Positions 56,849-64,000 of a stretch of DNA of 64,000 bases are shown here, in pieces. Below the pieces are notes generated by a model that was given only the letters and a program-made list of their open reading frames with translations, ran no database searches and had not been told where the DNA came from. The stretch comes from Bacteroidales bacterium UBA1176 (GTDB lineage Bacteria > Bacteroidota > Bacteroidia > Bacteroidales > WCHB1-69), in the NCBI GenBank assembly GCA_002311645.1, contig DBYW01000034.1:146996-210995 (forward strand), read 5' to 3'. How positions within the stretch are numbered: the first letter of the stretch is position 1; each line of letters opens with the position of its first letter. The position numbers were made by a program, and so were the translations under genes.

Positions 56849-59800
56849 TTAGTCCTTAATGCATCTTATGCTGCAACCCGAATTGATTGTGGCATCATTA
56901 ACGTGCCACATGTAGCAATGGCAGTCGGCCCAGAACACTTTCGGTTCGTTTACATTGACCGAGTTCACACTCCACAAATATGCAGCACCAAGCAGGTCTT
57001 CATAACGACCTGTGTTGTCATTGTAGAAACCACCGGGAAGCAATGCAAATCCTGTACTGTTGTTGCCACCGCCATCAAGCCAGTAATTATTATAGCGCAG
57101 ATCTTTCATGTCTGTGGTCGTGTTGGCACCGGCAATGCTCATATAATTATCCTGATTCGGCAAATGCCAGCCTGTAGGACAAATGCCCTGCACGTTTCCG
57201 TTGGCGTCAACGGTCACGCCGGATGCAGCATCCAAAGCGGTGTTCCAGTCATACAGATATCCGTAGATGGCAGCATTGGCTGCGGCATCAGGATGCATGG
57301 GCGACTGATAGGACATCAGGTTGTCGATGGTGGAGCCGTGGTTGTCCGTCGTGGTCTTCAGGTTCTCTGTTGTCCAGCAATCGCAACCTATTCTTACGGC
57401 GGTATACACATTGCCGTCCTGATCGGTCATATCAGGGCACGGGTAATGATAGATGATGATGACCTGTTCGCCGGTTATAGAGTGGCCGCAGGTGTCGGTG
57501 GCGGTCCAGATGATCTTGCTCTCGCCCACGGCGAAAACACTGTCAGGATATTGGGTAGGAATATTGTTGACGATAACCAGACGGTCTTCGGGGTAGCCGC
57601 CAGCAATAGTGGTAGAAAACACCGGTGTGCCAAAATCCCGGATGATGGTATCGCAACCTGTCTCGATACCCTGGCGGATCGTGTCAATGGTCAGTGTAGA
57701 GTTGCTGTGAACGGTGCCGTCGTTGGCGATCACCGCACTGACGGTGAATGTTTCGGTAGCGGTTGCGGAACAATTTTTGACATCTTTCACAGTCACGGAA
57801 ACCGTGTACGTGCTGTCTCGGTCATCGTTGCCGGAGACCACCGTGGTGGCATCAGCGTTAACATCAACTGCGTCATCGCCCCAAGTGTAGGTGTAGCCGC
57901 CAGTATTGCCACCCACGGCCGTCACGGAAATATCGTAGTTGCCGGAGCCCATCAACGGGCAAGGTCTTTGGGGAACATCAAAGGCTGTAATCTCCAAAAC
58001 GGGAGGTTCATTGATGGTAAACGTACCGGTCACCACCTCTGTTCCCCCGGCGTGTGTCACCGTCACAGTATAGGAGCCCGGCTTGAGATCCGTGTAAATG
58101 TGAATTCTACCCGTAAGGTTCACCGTGTCGTTTTTAGTCAAAACGGAACTCGACAGTACGAGTTGGAACGGAGGTGTTCCACCTTGGATTCTCACCGTGT
58201 CGGTACCGTTGTTCTCGCCAAAGCAAACCACGTCTGTGGAATCCATAAAGAGAAACGGTCTATCCTTGCGTATCGTGCAGTAACCGGCAGAAGGGTCATC
58301 TGCAATACCGATGTAGCTGGGAGCGCAGTAACCGTCAATCTCGGACTTGGGTTCGGTGAAGGTGCCGCCCGTGAAGGAGTATGTGGTGGCATCGGAAGAG
58401 CTAGGCGTAATGTTACCGTAATAATGACCATCGGTGATGTAAAGCACTGTGCTTGTTGTAGAATTGTCCATAACAATGGCATTCGGGCCGTTGACGGAGT
58501 CCCCGGACAAGGTTACGTTTCTTGTGCCGCCACCTTTGACACGGATAGCATAATCGTTATTTACAGTAATGGTATCATTAGTGATGATGAAATCACCGGC
58601 ACCAGTAGTGATGCTGATACCGTGATACATATTCTCAACAGCCTTGCAGTTCGTGACGGTCACATTATCAACACCGGTGAATTGGGCCAAACTGTGCATA
58701 TTAGCCGCAGTACAATGATCGATGGTGAAATCGCTCATACCGCCGCCAATGGAGGGAACTGCCACACCGGCAACAGATGTGGCACCTCCGCCTGTTCCGT
58801 CAAAATTGCAATAGGTCACGTTTATATTGTGCGCATAATTGTAGCTGTTGGTTGACCATCTGTTGGCAGTTCCTCTTGTATCTGGAAAAGAAATGAATCC
58901 AGTTCCTGTCTCCATTAAGGAAGCATCGTATGCGAAGTTGAGATTGGTGATGGTCAGCACCTCGGTTGTGAGTCCGCGTCCGGCAACGATGAGCTGGCCT
59001 GTAAGCGTTTTGTTTTTACCATCAATGGTAAGGTTCAGTCCGCTTTGTTTCTTGATGACGACAGCTTCCGCCGTGTTATCCACCAATTCAATGGTCACAT
59101 CGCCAGTCATAGTGGAGGCGGCATCCACGGCAGCTTGCAGTGTGGGGTATTCCGTGGTGCCGATTTTGGCCACTACGGGTATGCGGACGGTGCAGTAACC
59201 TGTGGAGGGGTCATTGGCTACAGCAGAATAACCGAGAGCACAGTAACCGTCAACCGTAGCTTTGGACTCGGAGAATGTGCCGCCCGTGATACTGTAAACT
59301 GTGTTGTCAGTACCTTCAGATGAAAGAGCACCCTCATACCAGCCACTGGAAATATTAAGAGCAACAGCAGTATTTGAATTGGCCTTAGTGATGATGGCTT
59401 TAGGACCAATAAACACGTTGCCGGAAAGATTAGCTGTTGTGGCATTTGACTGATTTTGGTAGCGGAATGCATATTCTCCACCCGAGTTACATGTCAAAGT
59501 GTCATTTTCGATAGTGAATGTACCAGATCCACCGCTGATGTTGATGCCGTTTTTCACATTGTCTACCGCTTTGCAATTTGTGACGCTTAACCCTGTGGTT
59601 CCATTGAACTGTGCCAAGCTATGAGCGTTTTTGGCAACAAGGTGGTCCAAAACTACATTAAAAGCAGGCGCACCATTGGGTCCTCGATAAGCAGCCATCC
59701 CATTGTCAGGTCCACCGCCATCAAAAGTACAGTAGCTCACAGTAACATTGTGAGCATTGTTATTGGAGCCATTCACACAAACAAAGCCAGCAGGACTTGA

Positions 59801-60181
59801 ATACGATGACTCGTATTCAAAGTTCATGTTGGTGATGTTCAACACATCGGTGCCGGTGTAACGACTATCACCGTGGATGATAATTTGACCGGATAACGTT
59901 TTCCCATTACCATCAATGGTCAAGTTGAGACCAGTTTGCTGGCGAAAACTCACCTGTTCAGAGGTGTTGTTTTCCAACGTAATGGTTATGTCGCCAGTCA
60001 TACTCTGGGCGGCTGTTACTGCCGCTTGCAGTGTGGCGTACCCTGTGCCGCCAATTGTCGCCACATTTTGCGCATTGAGTTTGGTTATGCTCAAACACGT
60101 GCAGAGCATAACAACCAACATCATGACGGTCTTTTGAATTAAACCGCCTTTTATGTTGTTAAAAAGTCGTGTGTTTTTCAT
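56849..60181 (-). CDS. Secreted surface protein: two tandem beta-helix modules, SprB/HYR-like domains, C-terminal FISUMP domain
   Basis: Duplicated VA.IG.T.Y.TLQAAV.AA..MTGD.TI.L module; DVVCFGENNG...GGTPPF; FAVGESKIIWTATD; DQDGNVYTAVRIG...GICPTGWHLP...SIRCIKD. Start could be 60181 or 60235. Confidence 0.85.
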   Translation of the reverse strand: MKNTRLFNNIKGGLIQKTVMMLVVMLCTCLSITKLNAQNVATIGGTGYATLQAAVTAAQSMTGDITITLENNTSEQVSFRQQTGLNLTIDGNGKTLSGQIIIHGDSRYTGTDVLNITNMNFEYESSYSSPAGFVCVNGSNNNAHNVTVSYCTFDGGGPDNGMAAYRGPNGAPAFNVVLDHLVAKNAHSLAQFNGTTGLSVTNCKAVDNVKNGINISGGSGTFTIENDTLTCNSGGEYAFRYQNQSNATTANLSGNVFIGPKAIITKANSNTAVALNISSGWYEGALSSEGTDNTVYSITGGTFSESKATVDGYCALGYSAVANDPSTGYCTVRIPVVAKIGTTEYPTLQAAVDAASTMTGDVTIELVDNTAEAVVIKKQSGLNLTIDGKNKTLTGQLIVAGRGLTTEVLTITNLNFAYDASLMETGTGFISFPDTRGTANRWSTNSYNYAHNINVTYCNFDGTGGGATSVAGVAVPSIGGGMSDFTIDHCTAANMHSLAQFTGVDNVTVTNCKAVENMYHGISITTGAGDFIITNDTITVNNDYAIRVKGGGTRNVTLSGDSVNGPNAIVMDNSTTSTVLYITDGHYYGNITPSSSDATTYSFTGGTFTEPKSEIDGYCAPSYIGIADDPSAGYCTIRKDRPFLFMDSTDVVCFGENNGTDTVRIQGGTPPFQLVLSSSVLTKNDTVNLTGRIHIYTDLKPGSYTVTVTHAGGTEVVTGTFTINEPPVLEITAFDVPQRPCPLMGSGNYDISVTAVGGNTGGYTYTWGDDAVDVNADATTVVSGNDDRDSTYTVSVTVKDVKNCSATATETFTVSAVIANDGTVHSNSTLTIDTIRQGIETGCDTIIRDFGTPVFSTTIAGGYPEDRLVIVNNIPTQYPDSVFAVGESKIIWTATDTCGHSITGEQVIIIYHYPCPDMTDQDGNVYTAVRIGCDCWTTENLKTTTDNHGSTIDNLMSYQSPMHPDAAANAAIYGYLYDWNTALDAASGVTVDANGNVQGICPTGWHLPNQDNYMSIAGANTTTDMKDLRYNNYWLDGGGNNSTGFALLPGGFYNDNTGRYEDLLGAAYLWSVNSVNVNEPKVFWADCHCYMWHVNDATINSGCSIRCIKD

Positions 60182-60476
60182 TTTTACTTGCTTTATATTT
60201 ATACTATCTTGATTAAAAATTCTTGATAAATACATGCATTTGTTAATATTTCAGCTAAGAAAACATTATATTTTCACATACAAAAATACGCTCTTTTTAT
60301 GAAAAAAATTTAACTTATCAGGAAACTTGTTAACCTTCATTTGTTAATTGTAACAGGACTTTTTACAGTAATAACACCTTTTTTTGCAGGTAAAACCACC
60401 CTATGACACAACGGGCCTCGTAAACCGGCTTTTTTTATGCTTCTGCATTGACAAATTAAATTGTATCTTTGCCGCC

Positions 60477-61556
60477 GTGTTTCGATATATAGTAAAAAAA
60501 ATCGGATATGGCCTTTTGCTGATGTTGGGTGTGGTGACATTGGTGTTTTTCCTGTTCACCATATTGCCCTCCGACCCTGCCCGAATGATGATGGGCCAAC
60601 GCAGCGACCTCCAGACAGAAGAGGCTATCCGCAAGGAGATGGGCCTCGACCTGCCCGTCGGCGTGCAATACTTGGCCTACCTCAACGACGTATCCCCCGT
60701 CTCCTGGCACAAGACCCAAGATATTGAATCTTTTTTCTACCTCGATGACAACGACTACCATTACGTGAAACTACTTCCGCTTGGCAAGTCCGCGATTGTG
60801 CTGAAAGCGCCCTACCTGCGGCGCTCCTACCAAAGCAAACGACCCGTGGGGGAAATCATTGCCGAAGCCTTCCCGAAAACCGTCCTGCTGGCTATCGTCT
60901 CCATCGTCTTCGCCCTCATCGTGGGCATCGTCATCGGCATCTTCTGCGCCCTTTTCAAGGACACCTGGTTCGACCATGTGGCGCTGGTGTTCTCCGTATT
61001 GGGCATGTCCGTGCCCTCCTTCTTCGCGGCCATACTCTTCGCCTGGGTGTTTGCATTCTTGCTGTCGGATTTGACAGGGCTCAGCATGTTCGGCAGCCTG
61101 TACACAGTCGATGACTATGGCACAGGGCAATATTTGGACCTCAAGAACCTCATTCTGCCCGCCATCACGTTGGGCATCCGCCCGTTGGCGGTGGTCGTGG
61201 AGCTGACCAAGAACTCGCTGCTTGACGTACTGTCGCAGGACTACATCCGCACCGCCAAGGCCAAAGGGTTAGGCAAGGCGCGCATCGTGACGCACCATGC
61301 TCTGAAAAACGCCCTCAACCCGGTGGTCACCGCCATATCCGGCTGGCTGGCCGGCCTGCTGGCGGGCGCCGTCTTCGTGGAATACATCTTCGACTGGAAA
61401 GGCATGGGTGTCGTCATCGTGGACGCCCTCGACAAATATGACTTCCCCGTGGTGATGGGGTCGCTGCTCTACGTCTCCATCGTATTGATTATCATTAATA
61501 TCGTGGTGGACGTGATTTACGGGTGGCTCGATCCGAGAGTGAGTTTGAATGCATAG
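60477..61556 (+). CDS. ABC transporter permease (DppB/OppB family)
   Basis: DPARMMMG, GLDLP..VQY, DYIRTAKAKGL, HALKNAL and VEYIFDWKGMG motifs. Start probably GTG 60477. Confidence 0.92.
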   Translation: MFRYIVKKIGYGLLLMLGVVTLVFFLFTILPSDPARMMMGQRSDLQTEEAIRKEMGLDLPVGVQYLAYLNDVSPVSWHKTQDIESFFYLDDNDYHYVKLLPLGKSAIVLKAPYLRRSYQSKRPVGEIIAEAFPKTVLLAIVSIVFALIVGIVIGIFCALFKDTWFDHVALVFSVLGMSVPSFFAAILFAWVFAFLLSDLTGLSMFGSLYTVDDYGTGQYLDLKNLILPAITLGIRPLAVVVELTKNSLLDVLSQDYIRTAKAKGLGKARIVTHHALKNALNPVVTAISGWLAGLLAGAVFVEYIFDWKGMGVVIVDALDKYDFPVVMGSLLYVSIVLIIINIVVDVIYGWLDPRVSLNA

Positions 61557-61604
61557 CGGCAACCCACGATCGTATCAACATTTCTTCCATCGTATATAAT
61601 CCGG

Positions 61605-62549
61605 TTACTTCCTTACCAACCGATACAACTTCAACAGCAGTTCCCAATGCAACTGCCGCGTGTAGCTGACCATCTTGATGGGCAAGGGCTGGCCCCCGAA
61701 TCCTTTGTAGAGACGCGCCACATTCTCATTCATGGAACCGTTGAAATCCAATGTAAAGGGCATATCGGCGTGTTGGCGTATAAAGTTGTCCAAAAGGAAA
61801 AACATCGCCTTACGGTCTGTATAACGCTCATCTCGGCCCGAGAACCAAAAGCGATAGGTGTCGAAGTCGCGCACCATCAAGGCACCGGCCAAGAGGTTGC
61901 CGTCACCGTCGTGCACCACGAGCGGCTCCAAGCACCCGAGCTCCTCCAAGAGGAGGGCGGTATGCGTTAAAATTTCATAATCCCGCTCCTTGAAATGCAC
62001 CTCTTTGCCTTTCCCTTTGTTCTTGCGGAACAGACGGACAATGTCACCCACCGCCTTGTCGTCCTGTCGCAACTGAAGATTGAAATTGCCTGCCGCCTTG
62101 ATGTTGCGCCGCGTGTTTTGCGAATACCCGGCCCGTATCTCCTCGTATGGCTTGTCTAACGCCATCTGGTACGTGACTAACGAAACCGTATAATTGTCAA
62201 TCAGGTCGGTGTTGTTGGAGCTGTTGAACAGGAAGTCCACATGCTTGTCGGATGAGGGCAGGGCGTTGAAAAAGTCGGAGGTGATTTGCGCGGTGACAGG
62301 ATGTGCGGAAAAGATGCCCATCTGGGAGACGAAAAAGGGCGGGTAAACATAATGAACACCAAGGCGCGAGCGCTCCGGCAGGGGCATCACATATTTATAA
62401 TCATCCAACACGAGGGCATTCCAAGTCGCATCGCCCACCAGGGCGTTCAGCATCCGATAGGTGCAGAAGAGCGTACGAAAGCCCGACGACCGGATGGTCT
62501 CGTCCCATCGCACAGCGTCGATGTCCTCATGTTTGAGAAAGTGTATCAT
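61605..62549 (-). CDS. GNAT/FemAB-like acyltransferase-fold protein
   Basis: IDAVRWD, YSQNTRRNIK and LDFNGSMNENVARLYKGFGG motifs. Confidence 0.75.
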   Translation of the reverse strand: MIHFLKHEDIDAVRWDETIRSSGFRTLFCTYRMLNALVGDATWNALVLDDYKYVMPLPERSRLGVHYVYPPFFVSQMGIFSAHPVTAQITSDFFNALPSSDKHVDFLFNSSNNTDLIDNYTVSLVTYQMALDKPYEEIRAGYSQNTRRNIKAAGNFNLQLRQDDKAVGDIVRLFRKNKGKGKEVHFKERDYEILTHTALLLEELGCLEPLVVHDGDGNLLAGALMVRDFDTYRFWFSGRDERYTDRKAMFFLLDNFIRQHADMPFTLDFNGSMNENVARLYKGFGGQPLPIKMVSYTRQLHWELLLKLYRLVRK

Positions 62550-63595
62550 TATATAAAATGCTCGGCAATGCGCTTCATTTCAGAAGAGACATTGTTATTT
62601 TCATAGAGAATGCCGTAGATGGTTTCCACGATGGGGATGTCAGCCTGATACTTCTTGTTGATTTCATGGACTGTGCGGCAGGCGGTGTACCCCTCCGACA
62701 CCATGCGCAGTTCGAGCAGGGAGACGCGCACGGAAAGTCCGTGGCCAATCATAATGCCGAAAAGACGGTTGCGGCTGTAGGTGGAATAGGCAGTCACCAA
62801 GAGGTCGCCAAGGTAGATGGAATCGGAAATGTGCCGGTCTTCGTTGGGATAGACCTTGGAGACAAAATATTTCATCTCTTTGAGACAGTTGGCGACGTAG
62901 GCGGCGATAAAGTTGTCGCCGTAGCCCAAGCCGCTATAGATGCCCGCGCCAAGGGCGTAGATGTTCTTGAGCACAATGGCCAACTCAGCCCCCATCATAT
63001 CATTGGAAACGGAAGTGCGGCAATAGCGGTTGGTGAAAAAGCGGGCCACGGTCTCCGCTAATTCCTGGTTGGTGGAACAGGCGGTCAGATAGGTGAGCTT
63101 CTCCTGCGCAATCTCCTCCGCGTGGGAGGGACCACTGATGATGGAGAGGTTTTCCAATGGAACCTTGAACTCCGTCTGCATGTAGTCGCTGATGAGCTGG
63201 AGGGTCTCCGGCACAATGCCTTTGACGGCAAGTATGATTTTCTTGCGACTCAACTGGCTGCGTTTCAGCGGAGCCAATGATTGATGCAAATAGGCCGACG
63301 GCGTCACAATGATCACATAATCGGCCTTGCTCACCACCGCCTTGATGTCGGTGTTCACCTTCACATCTTCGGGGTTGATGAAAACAGAACTGAGATATTT
63401 GGGGTTATGGCCATACTTCACCACATCCTCCGCCACTTCCGGAGAACGAATCCACCAATGGATATGCTCCAAGTTGGAGGATATAATCTTGATGATGGCG
63501 GTGGCCCAACTGCCGCTGCCCAACACCGCCACACGGTAACGCAGGCGGGTCTTTTTGCTTCGCGGAAGTATGGGCGCAAACTCGTTGTCGGTCAT
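62549..63595 (-). CDS. gpsA: NAD(P)H-dependent glycerol-3-phosphate dehydrogenase
   Basis: LGSGSWATA, KGI, SGPSHAEE, LKNIYA, YLGDLLVTAYS and SRNR motifs. Confidence 0.95.
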   Translation of the reverse strand: MTDNEFAPILPRSKKTRLRYRVAVLGSGSWATAIIKIISSNLEHIHWWIRSPEVAEDVVKYGHNPKYLSSVFINPEDVKVNTDIKAVVSKADYVIIVTPSAYLHQSLAPLKRSQLSRKKIILAVKGIVPETLQLISDYMQTEFKVPLENLSIISGPSHAEEIAQEKLTYLTACSTNQELAETVARFFTNRYCRTSVSNDMMGAELAIVLKNIYALGAGIYSGLGYGDNFIAAYVANCLKEMKYFVSKVYPNEDRHISDSIYLGDLLVTAYSTYSRNRLFGIMIGHGLSVRVSLLELRMVSEGYTACRTVHEINKKYQADIPIVETIYGILYENNNVSSEMKRIAEHFI

Positions 63596-63687
63596 AGATT
63601 ATTTTAACTTTTTTTAAGGCTGCAAACATACATAAAAATTTTTAAAATGCAAAATGTAAAGTGCAAAATATCTTATTTCTTGCGCAT

Positions 63688-63719
63688 AAAAAAACGGACG
63701 GTGAAATTCACCGTCCGTT
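63688..63719 (-). terminator. Intrinsic terminator
   Basis: AACGGACGGTGAA-A-TTCACCGTCCGTT palindrome preceded by an A-tract, which is a U-tail on the minus strand. Confidence 0.75.
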
Positions 63720-63740
63720 GCGTATGGGATAAAATCCCTT

Positions 63741-64000
63741 TTATTGTTGTTTCACCACGCGTTTGGTCACAACACCCTTGTCGGTTGTGATGCGGATGAA
63801 GTAGGTGCCGGCAGCGTAAGTGGAGAGGTCAACCTCAGCGTCGGCATCGTTCACGTTGACGGTAGCCAGCAACTTGCCGTATGCATCGTAGATGTCGAGT
63901 TTCTCGACAGACAGCATGTTCGTCGTGCCGATGGTGACTCTGTTGCGGGTCGGGTTCGGGTAAACCGTCACATCGCCGTCAAGTGTGTAGTCCTCAACAC
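63741..64000 (-). CDS. C-terminal T9SS CTD of a gene extending beyond the window
   Basis: VEDYTLDGDVTVYPNP...IYDAYGK...YAAGTYFIRI...KRVVKQ. Confidence 0.88.
   Translation of the reverse strand, partial: VEDYTLDGDVTVYPNPTRNRVTIGTTNMLSVEKLDIYDAYGKLLATVNVNDADAEVDLSTYAAGTYFIRITTDKGVVTKRVVKQQ

Overview
Chromosomal window from a Bacteroidales-type bacterium, judged from TAnnTTTG promoter boxes, type IX secretion (T9SS) C-terminal domains and EF-G2. The backbone is housekeeping: ygfA, pepT, class II nrdJ, fabD, metK with a SAM-II-like riboswitch, xerD, cinA, an S41 protease, dnaG, guaB, ridA, an ABC-F ATPase, rsmE, nfo, EF-G2, gpsA, tRNA-Phe and tRNA-Glu. Accessory surface genes are interleaved. 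(i) A 2942-aa fibre-like protein (collagen and tail-fibre-like stalk, coiled coil, four FISUMP heads, no T9SS CTD) lies directly behind a small CTD-bearing partner gene; this pair is the best candidate for an under-described system. (ii) A cluster of T9SS cargo genes includes an HExxH metalloprotease/beta-helix gene frameshifted at a dispersed repeat. (iii) A second FISUMP-tipped surface protein. (iv) Secreted C25 and S8 proteases. The intergenic DNA holds several non-autonomous repeats: an IS1595-type MITE with 8-bp target duplications (2 copies), GTAG-type REPs, heptamer arrays, and a nested composite repeat (2 inverted copies) whose inner segment is flipped between the copies. No CRISPR-cas, prophage, intact transposase or reverse transcriptase was seen. 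All family assignments come from motif recognition by eye, not database searches.
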